DNA of 64,000 nucleotides from Azolla caroliniana (Eukaryota > Plantae > Polypodiophyta): NCBI GenBank assembly GCA_043228905.1, contig JBHGNT010000005.1, positions 5,146,001-5,210,000 on the forward strand, given 5' to 3'. This document shows positions 36,981-50,700 of this stretch, piece by piece (position 1 is the first letter of the stretch; the number at the start of each line of letters is the position of its first letter). Made by a program: the position numbers and the translations under genes. Below the pieces are notes generated by a model. The model saw only the letters and a program-made list of their open reading frames with translations. It was not told where the DNA came from and made no database searches.

Positions 36981-39900
36981 CTATATTTCCTTGGCTTCGT
37001 TCTGTTCTTCGCTCAAAGTTTTATGGAATGCCACCTGCCCAAGACCACATGAACGGTAAATAAATAATGTCAAACACCAGAACATCCTAAAAAGCTTAAC
37101 ACTATACATTAGATTACCAATATGTGTGTGTGTGTGTGTAGTTTAAGGAAATTATTAAACTGGCACACTCTACATTACCATAAATTCATAATTCCCAGTT
37201 TACCAGATCGCCAAAATGTAACACATAATTATTTCCTAATTTGATAAACATTAGAATAGAGTCAAAGCCACTTTTTGGGGTGAGTGTATGCTTCTGTGAG
37301 AGATAAAAGGGAGAAGATATAAGTTACCATTCACAGAAAACCAAATACAATCTGTGGGACGGGGCCAAGTTCATGACATTTGATCAAACTTGGGTTTGCT
37401 CAATTATTTAAGATTCAATCTAAACCACCAAGAACCAATGGCCAGAGAAAAAGGGAGAAACAAAAGAATATTACCATCCATGGGACAGCAAACTTTTGAG
37501 TCAAACTTGGGTTTGCTAAATTTCATGACTTTCAGTTTTAACCACCAAGACAACAGCCAGAGAGAGAAAGGGAGAAGTGAAAGATTATTAACAACCATGG
37601 GAGATCAAATACAATCTACGACACAGGACCGAGCTCATGACATTAGATTGAACTTGGTTTTGCTCAATTTTACAACTTCCAGTTTATACCACCAAGCCAA
37701 CAGCCAGAGAGGGAGAAATGATGTTGATATTTTAACGTTCATGGAAAACCAGAAACACAGAAATAGAGACACGGATGAACATGATGATTTTGATATATTA
37801 ATACAATACCTTTAAATATGGAAGTAATTATTCCTGATATAACCAAGAACAAAAAAAAAGAACGGTACTTTAAATATAGAAGGATAGAGAGGGCTAGAGT
37901 GAGACCGATGATGAAATTTTTAGGAGTTCGCGTATCACCATTGTAGCATAACACGAAGAGGGCAATGTAAATTCAATCTGTAGTGCAGTTTGAAGAGAAC
38001 TATCCAATTTAGAGTTCTCCTTTTCATCACTCGGACTTTCAGATTGAGTGTCATCCCCTGATTTCTTCTCAACCTTCAGGTTCTTAACTCTGTCCCAATC
38101 AGTCTCAGCCAAAGCTAGTGTCTGATCAGAATATTTCAATATCCTCCTGTATGAATTGACACTCTAATCATATCAATTTAATGCTATCAACAAGAATCAT
38201 CGGATGTCATCACATTCAACTAAATTCCTCTATACATACATCATAAATGAATGGATGCATATATACATATATAGGGTCAATACCAATCAAAGTCTTTTGA
38301 TGTCTGAATGATGCGTCTATAACCCCCTGGTAAATGTAAAAAGGAGAACTCCCTGGAATAGAAACATGCATTAAGACAATTTGTTTTTCAATAGAATCTG
38401 CAACCCATATCTCTCTCTAGCACTTACTTTACATTGTGGGAGGATGCTTTTAAGTCAAGCGAATCCTGTGAAATCAGAGAAAGGATTGGTAAGTATAAAT
38501 CAAAGAAAAGTACAGCAAAAAGAATGTCAAATATGAGATTTTATGCCAGTAGAATCACACTAATAGATTGTAGAATATCAATTTACTGAAATACTGGCTT
38601 ATATAAAAATAATGAGGGAATGAAGAAAATAAGGGAATTCATTGCAGAAAAAAGGAACAGAATTGATAAACAAAAGACTGAAGTAGAAATGAAGAAAATT
38701 CAGGAATTCATAGTCGAAAGAAGGAATGGACTTGACAAACCAAAATTTGAACACATGTGAATGCAGAGACAGATATATCCTGCACATGAGGAAGCCTGCA
38801 ATTGTCCTACAGCATCAACCTCACCCATCCTCATGCATCTATAATATGTATAAAATCCATATAGTTCAATCAATTTTGTCTAGCTTCAGACAACTTCTCC
38901 ATACTTTTTCATCATGTTTAATCCCCAGCATAATATGAAATAGATGCATTATCCAATATGAACATTTGAATTTGCTTAAAAGCATAATTTATTCTCTTAC
39001 CACAAAACTCTGAAATAATAAATACCTTCTTAGCAAGATCAACAAAAACGTCAGCCACCTCATTATTTGGAAGCAAAGTTCTTGCTCTGTTGCATTAAAA
39101 GTACATATAAAAACGTCAGCTAATAAAAGATTGCATGAAATGACAAAAGACTAACTACAGAAGATGGAAACATTACAAGACATAACAATCTATGTCCACT
39201 ATTATTCTCTTACATAGTTTGATTGAGCAATGATTCATTTCAAGGACTTTCCTAGTCTAGCTTTCATAACTTCTGACATCAATTGATAATCACATGCATT
39301 CATACAAGGGTTAAATTAAAGTTAGCCATGCCACACAATCTGAAGGTTGCTCTTTTTTGTTTATGTGTACAAATCCCCTGAATCATATTTTGAAGCATGC
39401 ATTTCCTTGTATCACAACATTTCTCATCATATCAACTACTTTGTGTGGCTCCATCATGAATGGGTGATTGGCGCATGTGCTGTGGGTAAAGGCGTTTGTG
39501 GTTGCAAAATGCAATGACTTTGACAACCCTTCTGTGACTTCCTGAACAGATTTAGAAGGATCTTAATCAAGCATGTCATTGTACACTCTACAACTACAGA
39601 GAGAAAGAAAGAAGAACATATTAGCTTCTTTTAAGATGCCAGAATGGCCTATAAGACCAAAAAACTGATTACATCTCCCTCTCATTTCATAAAAAACAAT
39701 ACAACGGAAAACAGTGGTCTTCATATTCCACTCCCTGATGACACAATAGCAAATTCTTTCCTTACGAGGTATTTGTGCATATCTGCCAACCTCCATCTCC
39801 AAGTTATGTAAATAATTTGGCAGTTGTCCTGTCCCAATACGCAATTCATGGGATAGATGTATGTCCATATAAGAGGGGCCTGATGATGAATCCATACTCC

Positions 39901-40465
39901 GATGTGTAAAAAGTGTCTTATAACGGGCCATCTTCCTACCATGAGATGTATGACTGATCCATGTTATTTGTTTTCCAAGTTGATAATATCCATTCAAACC
40001 ACTCTATTCTTTACGCTTATGGAACAGAGATAATGCATTTATGCTTATCCCATTTGACATGAACCATTGTTATGTTTCAGCATACCAGCAATGAATATCT
40101 CCATTTTCAACAAGTTATTTTGATGACATAAGGGCCAATCTTGAGTACCTTTGTTTAGGGAGCTCTCAAGGCCATTGGATATTGGTCACTGATCTGAATA
40201 ATGCCTCAATGATTGCTGGGGTCACTCCCATCTCTGTCTGGGTATTACCATGGGGCACTGATGCTTTGCTCCTTATCATGCAAGGCAAATCATTGAGACT
40301 AAAGGTCTCTCTAACCTTTCTAGTTATTTGCCTTGTTAAGATTCAGTCCCTAGGTTTCTATTCCATAGAGAAGAGTTTGTGTGACAAGTGTATCAAATAG
40401 CCACAATTTACTTCGTGAATCTTGGAATTGCAAATGTGCACATTATCATTCAAGATCACCAAGGG

Positions 40466-40517
<52 letters not shown>

Positions 40518-41700
40518 TAGATAGATAGATATATTAACGTCTTTTAAGAGGCCAAAATGGCCTATAAGTCCAAATAAGAGATTACATCTTGAGTGTTGTC
40601 TCGTCTTTGAGAACAAATCAAAATAAAATAAATACTACACAATAAATATAAAAGTAAATAAGATGAAAAGAGAAGAAATGAGGGAATCTGGTTTTTGGCA
40701 CATGTGAGATTCTCAAGTTAGGTATATTGTAGCTTTTGTCTTCGAAAGATCTCTAGCATAGGTCAATCCAGCATGGAAATGTCTCCGAAGCAAGGGAAGC
40801 ACCTACGATGGCGGGAGATAATGGCTTTTATTTGTCGATGACAAGGGTGTTGAGGTCGTGGTCCATGGGGGTGGGGCCTACGTGCACGACAAATTGCTAT
40901 TGCCCGATCAATTGTAACCCCTTTGTATGTCCTGGTCTGGAGCCCATTTGTGTATCCCGTGATGGACTTATAGGAGTAGTAGGAGTGATGGGGCTAAAGA
41001 AAGTTGTGATTGTTCTTTGTGGATGAGCTTGTGTGGTTGTATTCTTCAACAACTTTTCCCAATGTCTCTTGAGCTCTAGCAAGAAAAGTCCTAGGCATCA
41101 TTGGTCCTCATATTCCATTACTTTGCGTAGTGGGCCAAAGCCTTGTTTAAAGAGGCAATGGTATCTCCCTCTGATTTCATAAAAGACACTACAATGACAA
41201 ACATAGTGTTCCTCAGATTCCACTCCTTAATGACACAATTGGCAAATTCTCTCTTCTAGAGGTAGTCGTGTATACCTGCCTACCTCAATCTATATCTAAT
41301 GTGATGAAGTTCTTAGCTGCCCTATCACACTACGCAATGCATAGGATAGATGTATGTCCATATAAGGTGGCCTGATGATGAATCCATCCTCCAATGTGTT
41401 GAGAATCAAGCTCAACTTGGTCTAGTGTGTGAACTCACCTTGAGAGTGAATAGACACTCCAACAGTCAAGAGTCAACATTATGTCACCAATTTGTATTCA
41501 AGCATTTAGTATGAGTCATAGAATCATATTCTATGACACATAACTTATGAGCTTTCACATTCCCCATACTCCATGAGTCTTGTAGTTAATGAAGAGAGAG
41601 GGTGACTATATAAAGCACCCTCCTCCCACCTTGTATTTAGTTGAGTCTTTCTCCTTTGTTAATATACTCTTACCTTGCGTATTCTCTGTGTCTTATTCCT

Positions 41701-41743
<43 letters not shown>

Positions 41744-44700
41744 CACACACATAACTCATATCTCTTCCGCTTCACAAGAATCCATCTCTTGATTCTTTAC
41801 ACAATGTATGTAAGAAGTGCGTCTTATAGTGGGACATCTTTGTACCAAGTGGTATTTTGGGGCTGATCCATGTTATCTTGTTTTCCAAGTTAATAATATC
41901 AGTCCAGATCACTCTATTCTTTTCCACTTTGGTCATATTTAGGTGGGGACAATCCAAGCTATATATTGGAACGACGGTAGCGCATTTATACTCATGCCAA
42001 AATGTCTTATTAATGTCTTATAAGAGGCCAAAATGACCTATAAGACCAAACAACCGATTAAATCTTAAGTGTTGTCTTTTTTTTGAGAACCCAAAGCACC
42101 ATTGATCCTCATATTCCATTACCTTGCGAACTAGGCTAAAGCCTTGTTTAAAGAGGCAGTGATATCTCCCTCTTATTTGATAAAAAACATTACAATGACA
42201 AACATAATGTTCTTCATATTCCAATAATTGATGACACAATTGGCAAATTCTTTCTTATAGTAGTATTCACGCCTACTTCAATCTCTAACTGGTGTGATGC
42301 AGTTCGCAGCTGCCCTATCACACTGCACAGTGCATGGGTAGATAATGTCCATATAAGATGGTCTCGTGATGAATCCATCCTCCGATGAGTGTGAAAAGTG
42401 TCTCTTACTCTGGGCATCTTCCTACCAAGTGATATTTTGGGGCTCGTCCATGTTATCTTGTTTTCGAAGTTAATAATATCAGTTTAGATCACTCTAATTC
42501 TTTTCCACTTTGATCATGTTTAAATGGGGACACCCTAAGCTATATTAAAACGGGGGTCGTGCATTAACGCTTATGCCATGTGAGTGACTAGAACCATTGT
42601 TGCATTTCAACATACCAACAATGAATGTCTCCATGTTCAGCAAGTTGTTTTGATGACAAAAGTACCAACCTTCAATACCTTCTGTTAGAGAGCTCCCACA
42701 ACCGTTGGATACAAGTCATAGATCAGAATAATGCCTCAATGATTATTGGGGCTGCTCCCATCTCTGCCCAGATCATATCATGGGGCCTTGATGTTTTGCT
42801 CTTTATCATGCGGAAAACCATTGAAACTAAAGGTTTCTGTATATCTTTCCAATTATTTTCCTTGTTAAGACTTAGCCCCCATGTTTCTACTCAATATATA
42901 AGAGTTGCTTTGACACATATATCAAATAAACACAGTTTAGTTTATAGTTCTTGGAACTGCAAATGTGTGCATTGTCTTTCGAGTGCACCACGGATGGCAT
43001 ATCCACCAGAAAGTCAGGCACAAGCATTTTCAGGCTGTGCTTCTGAAGACGCATAAATAATCCACACAGGCTTAGGAGCACATAAGATTTCTAAAATGTT
43101 CAAATAGAAATAGCATTTGACTTCAATAAACATGTATGCATTTTGGCAGAAATTTACCCAGGTAATGGTAGTACCACATCACTGATGTTAAACTTTGCAG
43201 ATGCCACATCCTCAGCTGTTGCATGCTGTTTCAACGTAAAAACTCAAAAAAAATTAGCACCATGAGTCTTACAGTTGTAATGAAAAAAAAACACAAATAA
43301 TATTGTGACTAAATGACAGTATATGCATCATAATAACAATGGCCAACCAGAAAACCTTTTGTATGACATGACATGTGCACACAAAATTTGTCTCTTAAGA
43401 GAAGCACAGCGCGAATCATAATAAAAAAACATGGGCTGCATGTTATGAATATTACAAGACGCCATGCACCAGTACGTACTCTAAACAATGGCACTAAGTC
43501 CAACACAATAACATAGCCAACCACAAAACCTTTCATATGGCATGACATATGCACACAAAATGTGCATGTAAAAGCATGTGCTAATCATAACAAAAAACAT
43601 GACTGCATGTTATGAACATTACAAGATGCCATTCATGTTATAAATTTTACAAGATGCCATGCATTTCCAGCATAAATTAATATTTTTTTTTAACCATATA
43701 ATCCTCAAATTTCTTATGGTGCAAGAACTTCAGATACTTGAATTGCAGAGGCAGGACACCTAAGAGATCCTTTCAAGTCTGCAGTAAGTAAGAAACTATC
43801 ACTAAAAGCCACATGACTTGTGCCCAAAACTATGGGAAGAAACAAAAACTGAGGCAATTAGGTGAGGGCATGTCAATTTCAACTGCATTACCCCCGAAGC
43901 ATAGCTACACTAAAAGTAATATTTTACCTTAACTTTCTGAAGGAAATCCATCGCAACAACAACACTGCTGTCATCCCCTTCGCCGTCAATTACCTCAGCA
44001 ATATCACTCTCTTCCTCTTGCAAAGCTTCAGTTTTCTGCTGTGCTGTACCATTTGCATCATTTTCATCATCTTTACAAAGTACTAAATCTCCTTCAACTA
44101 CTTTATCAACCCCTGAAACCAAAGATAAAGCAAAATTAAGAGAAATGATTTCTATTAGAAATATTGAGAATCGAGTAGATAGGTATATAGAGTTACAACT
44201 GCAGAGATGGATATATGAAAACAGAATTTCTATTACATATGAGAGTAGTTCAAAATGGTAGTTTTCCCATGCGCTCACACCTTAGAGCTTAGATAGGATA
44301 TGGACCGGCTCACTACAAAATTAGTGGGGACTGATGATCAATCTGACCACTGTGTGAGAAAAGTGACTTATAATCTATGTTTGGTCTTAGTATAAATGTG
44401 CAAGTCAGTTGACAGTAGTGGAGATATTCCTTTTCTGTCAACTGACTTGTCATTTAATATGACCCAACTCCCTAGGTACAGGCTAGTGCTAGATAATACT
44501 TATCTTGAAGTCAATGACGCATACTTCAAGACTAAGTACATCGTAACTTGCCCACAAAATATTCTAGCTGACTTGATTAGCCAATCCTTTTATCTATTTC
44601 TCTCTTTCCTAAATATGTTGTGTCCTACGCATCTACGGTTTCCTAGATTAACACCTTATCGACCCATATGGTCGAGTTGCACACTAGCCGCTCCTCATTT

Positions 44701-47700
44701 GGGGCGCTATCACAAAATGTGCACTCTAAGAGCACATATGGGGATAGATTTACAACTTGGGGCTGATCATTGATTATATCTAACACGCCCCCTCAATGAT
44801 CAACCCATTGAGTTCACTTGGAATTGGGCCAACACCTAGTCGTCGAAGGTGTTGTTGCAACTGTTCTGCTCCAAGCGCCTTTGTGAAGATATCTGCAGCA
44901 TTTTCTGATGTTGGACAGTACTCAAGCTCCACAATCTCATCATTTATTAGCTCCCGCACATAGTGATACTGAATCTCTATGTGTTTAGTACGTGCATGAA
45001 ATACGGGGTTCTTGGCAATGGCCATACAACTCTGATTGTCACACCTCAATACCGTTGCCGTCCTTATTGGGACTGCCACATCCATAAGGATTCTTCTTAG
45101 CCAAACTACCTCGCATGCCGCTATGCATGCTGCTTTGTATTCTGCCTCCGTTGAAGATAGTGCCACTGTTGGTTGTTTTTTACTACTCCATGAAACAGCT
45201 CCAGATCCTATTGAAAAACAATATCCAGAAACTGATTTTCTGGAATCACTATCTCCAGCCCAATCGGAGTCGCAATATCCACTAAGTTGGTCAATTGTTG
45301 GCTTGTAGAAGATTCCATAATTTAAAGTACCCACAATGTACTTTAATACACGTAGAGCAGCTTTCCAATGAGTCTCCTTCGGCTTGTTGCTGAATCGACT
45401 CACCACATTGACTGCAAAACAAATATCCGGCCTAGTGTTGCATAGGAAAATTAGACTTCCTACTAGTTGTCTATACTTCCTTATGTCAACCATTGGTGAT
45501 GAGTCTTCTTGGGATAGCTTGCAGTTTGACTCCATTGGAGTCGACTTCGACTTGCTGTCCATCATCCCGAAGGTCTTCAAGATCTCTGTTGCATACTTTC
45601 TTTGTGACATGAAGATGCCGACCGAGGTTTGCCAAACCTCAATTCCAAGGAAGTAGTGTAGAATCCCCAAGTCTGTCATTTCAAACTCAGTTTTCAAACA
45701 CTCTTGTGTTTGGCCAATGCACTCTTCATGGTCACCAGTAAGTACTAGATCATCCACGTAAATGATAATGATGACTTGTTTCCCGTCCTTCATTTTGACA
45801 TACATACTTGCATCCGAAGCACATTGCTTAAAGTCGATTGATCGTAAGAAGCTGTCTATCCTCTTGTTCCAAGCTCTTGGTGCTTGCTTTAGACCATATA
45901 GTGCCTTCTTCAGCTTGCAAACTTTGTTTTCTGAATTCGGTATCTCAAACCCCGGTGGTTGTGTCACATATACCTCCTCCTTGAGATGCCCATTCAGAAA
46001 TGCTGATTTGACATCCATTTGATAAATCGGCCATCCTCTTGAAGCAGCCAACGCTATGACCATTCGAATTGTTGTCATGCGAGCTGTCGGGGCAAATGTT
46101 TCTTGTACATCGAACCCTTCAATTTGGGAGTATCCTTGCGCTACTAGCCTGGCCTTGAATTTCTCCAAAGAGCCATCAGCTTTATACTTTACTTTCCATA
46201 CCCACTTCGTGCCTATCACCTTCTTCTTTGTTGGCCTCTCTACCAACTCCCATGTGTCATTTTTCATGATGCTATCATATTCTGATATCATCGCCTCTTT
46301 CCACTTCGGGTCGGCCATAGCTTCCTCCACCGAGGTCGGCTCACTCACTGAGCCTATGATGTCCACCATCAGAGCCATGTTGACAATGTGGTCAGAGGTT
46401 CTTCCTTGCTCCTGTATTCTTCTTGATCTTCGTAATCCATCAGTTGAAGTTTCAGGAAACTCAACTTTAGGAGTATGATCATTGAAGAGTTGTTGAGCCC
46501 ACTTAGGTATTTTCTTTACATGTGGGACTGGCATAGGCTGAACTAGTGAACCATTACCATCAGATGGTTCAGCTTCCTTTTTTGGATAATGGGTCGGGAT
46601 TGGGTAAAATACTTCTTCAGTTGATGAGATAACTTGAGAATCGTTGTTCTCAGCTAGCTGTGGTTGTTCCTCATCGAACACCACATCGCGGCTTGTCAAT
46701 ATCTTTCTTGCCTCTGGATCGTAGAGTCGATAGGCCTTTGACTCTTCACTATATCCGAGAAAGATACACTTTTTGCTTTTAGCATCCAACTTCTTTCTGC
46801 TCACATCTGGAATATGTGCGTAGCACATACACCCAAAGGTTCTGAAGTGCAGCACTGAAGGTTTCTTGCCTGAATAAGCTTCTTGGGGTGTTTTCCCTTG
46901 AAGTGCCTTCGTGTAGCTCCGATTGAGGATGTAAACTGCTGTGTTCACTGCTTCAGCCCAGAATGGGTCGGGCAGCGCTTGTGCCTTCAACATACACCTA
47001 GCCATCTCGACAACTGTTCGATTTCGACGTTCGACAACGCCATTTTGTTGTGGGGTGTAGGCAGTTGTAAGTTGGCGCTTAATTCCATGCTCTTTGCAAT
47101 ACTCACAGAATTCTATTGATAAGAATTCTCCACCTCGATCAGAGCGTAGCTCCTTCACTAACTTTCCAGACTCTCGCTCGACAAACTTATGCCATCTTTT
47201 GAAGATTTTAAAAGCTTCAGCCTTCTCCCGAAGGAAGTAAACCCACATCTTTCTGCTGAAGTCGTCGACTATTAGCATATAGTAGAGAGATCCACCCATT
47301 GCAGGAGTCACCATTTTTCCAGAGAGGTCAATGTGTATTAGCTGTAGAGGAGTCTTTGCCCGATTTTGACTCTCTTTTGGAATGGCTGATCTTTGATGCT
47401 TGCCCATCATACAAGCATCACAAACATGACTTAAGTCAGATAGGGTTGGCAACCCAACTACCATATTCGACTTCTTCATCTCCTTCAACACAGCAACGTT
47501 GAGATGCCCAAATCTCTCATGCCATTGCTTTGTGTTGGTACTTGTGCCGTGGTCAGTAGAAATGGTAAACGCGCTCAGCTCATAGAGATTGTTGCGCCTC
47601 ACCCCTATTCCTACAACCTTGCCAGCAGAATCTGTTATTTCTGCACCCGACTTCTTGAATCGAACATCAAGACCCTTGTCAGTCAGTGCAGAAATGGACA

Positions 47701-50700
47701 GTAGATTCTTCTTCAGATCTGGCACGTACAACACTTGAGAGAGATGCTTTGTCCCACCGGTCGTTGCTTTGAGGGAGACGGTTCCGGTTCCTTTGGCCGG
47801 ACATCGAGCATTGTTTCCGACCACAACATTGATGGGCTCTTGTAGAGGTGTCCAAGAACTGTACCAGTCACGATTACTGGTCATATGTCGGGATGCTCCA
47901 CTATCGAGAATCCAAGACTCATCAACAACTTGAGTGTCAACTGAAGAACACACTTCTTCAGTTGCGACCCATAACTCTAGTTCATCTACGACATTGTTAG
48001 CGGACTCGGGCTCTCTCCAAGAAGTCTTATTAGAACCATTCTTCTCATCCGCCATCTTCTTTCGACAATCCTTGATTGTGTGACCCTTCTTGTCACAGTA
48101 GAAACACGATCCATTGAACTTCTTCTTCTTCGGTATCCTATTCGCATTGTTTGAATTGGATGCCCCTTCACCCTTAGTCCTAGAGACAAATGCTGAATCT
48201 TCCCTTTCTTCTCTTGTCTTCAGCCGAAGCTCCTCTTCAAGCAGCATTGCACTTAGTTCATCAAATTTTAAAGGAGTGGGTCGAACCTGAGTGTTCAATG
48301 CTGTCACAATGCCATCATACTTGAAAGGAAGTACTCGAATGCACCGACGAGCCATATCCTCTTGAGAGACGACTACTCCAACAGCCGCCAGCTGATCTTG
48401 AAGATCCTTAATCCTTTTTACAAAGGATTCTACTTTCTCTCCATCAGCGAGCTTCTCTGCAGCAAGCTGATTTTCGAGGTTTTGTATCCTTGTATAGTTT
48501 CTGGTCTCATACTGGCTGGCCAATATGCTCCAAGCTTCATGTGCCCTAGTTGTATGTTGCACTAGTGTTAGTACAGAGTCACATACACCAGTGACTATGG
48601 TACATAGCGCATCAGCATTCCTTCTCTTCCAGGCTCGAAGTAGATCAGCATTTGGAGGAATTGATGTGGTAGGGTGTGCAGGGTCAAAGGTTGCCATGGG
48701 CTCAGGGTCTCCCCCTGTGGGTCCCATGATTGTTTCCAACAACTCGTAGGAATCCAAAATGGCAGACATTTTGAACTTCCATAGAGTGTAGTTGGTTCCA
48801 TCTAGCTTTCCATCAGACAATGGAGGTGGGCGAATGCGCAATGGAGCAGCTGCAACATTCGTGGACAAGGCCATTGATACTCTGTCTCTCTGTCTCTCTC
48901 TCTCTATTTCTCTCTATTGCTAGACAGCAACTACCCGTATATACCTAATCTAGATCAACCTCTTCGCTCTGATACCATATTAGAAATATTGAGAATCGAG
49001 TAGATAGGTATATAGAGTTACAACTGCAGAGATGGATATATGAAAACAGAATTTCTATTACATATGAGAGTAGTTCAAAATGGTAGTTTTCCCATGCGCT
49101 CACACCTTAGAGCTTAGATAGGATATGGACCGGCTCACTACAAAATTAGTGGGGACTGATGATCAATCTGACCACTGTGTGAGAAAAGTGACTTATAATC
49201 TATGTTTGGTCTTAGTATAAATGTGCAAGTCAGTTGACAGTAGTGGAGATATTCCTTTTCTGTCAACTGACTTGTCATTTAATATGACCCAACTCCCTAG
49301 GTACAGGCTAGTGCTAGATAATACTTATCTTGAAGTCAATGACGCATACTTCAAGACTAAGTACATCGTAACTTGCCCACAAAATATTCATACGAAACAA
49401 AAAATTTATTACAGAAGAGTTATTTTGGAAGTCAAATCCAGTGTATGTCAGAACTCAAGCAAAATATAGGTGAAAAATATGACTTCTCTATAATGTCTTC
49501 CATAATACTCACTTCTGGAAAGTCAAATGTGTACAATGGTGTATACAACAAATACAACAGGAACAGAAACTACAATCAAATTTTGTGACTCTGATGGTGA
49601 AAAAGTCTGCAGATTAGACCACAATTATATGATTAAAACATTATTGGCTATAATCCACAATTGACATTCCCTGTTAGATAGTTTATTGTGGCTAAGTGGA
49701 CATTTGTAATACAACATTTCTCTTTTATTCCACAACTTACTAAGTTTGAGGTACTTTCTTTTAATGCTAATTGAAGTTGAAAATATTCTTTCTTCTGAAT
49801 CATTTTATTCTGTCAGGGTAACAAATACAGTACACAAGCTGGCATGTTTAAGTTTATTGACCAACGTATGGCAGGTATAGCCTTTCCACCAATTGAAAAT
49901 AGTGCATTCATGAAAGGGTACCACATATAAAATATCATGTAATTTGTTCTGACAAGTGGATTCATTTCAAGGATGTATCTTTCTGAGGTCACATCCATGT
50001 CACATGACAATAGGCTTCAGTAGAAGCTAATCTGTCATGCTTGAGATATGTATCTAGCATTCATAAGTATAAACCTAAGGCTCTACCACTCATTTATTAC
50101 TTTGATGCACACTTTAGAAACAATATTCCACAGAACTATCCAAGCTGAGATTTATTAGAATCTTTTCTTTAGGTGGGTACTATTCAGTAGATTCCATATC
50201 CAGGTATAACCCAAACCAAATGGGTTTCATTTATAAGTGCACTTTATGGAAATTTTACACTTCCAAATCAAGATATAGCCTCAACACATTAGGTCTGATT
50301 TAAGTATAGGTAACTTGTCATCATTATGCCATGACTCCATGGGAAGATTGTAGCTTAATATAAACATGTTTGTGATGCTTTATTGTAGCTTCTTTTCATA
50401 TAGTTTCTGTGTTTATACATACAAAGAGAAGTATTGTGGAATTTTGCTGAAGGAGTTCAACTACTTTTGCATCAAGATAAAACTGAAAATTACTGACAAT
50501 ATACATTGTAGTTATTCCCAAAAGAATGATTGGCATAAAACGGAGTCATGGCACAAAAATAAGCATTCCAGATGTGGAAAAGGCAATTGTAGAGAATTAT
50601 GCAAAATTATCACTAGAACATCATTGCAATTATCATTATAATAGTTTCTATTATATCATTATAACATCGATTAATCATAATTAGAACATCCTATTGTCCC

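Noticed and set aside
37390-37815. 141-aa repetitive ORF antisense to PUS7
   Set aside because: Produced by the intronic triplication; non-ATG start and no domain.
44396-44773. Duplicated [12 protein letters not shown]... (also 49221-49469)
   Set aside because: It simply reflects the two LTR copies; no sign of coding function.
45036-48801. Numerous short ORFs overlapping the copia polyprotein
   Set aside because: Antisense or alternate-frame shadows of the long ORF, with no recognisable domains.
49672-50690. TGTTAGATA at 49672 as the missing end of the copia 5' LTR
   Set aside because: Wrong orientation, similarity stops after 9 nt, and no matching end or TSD was found.
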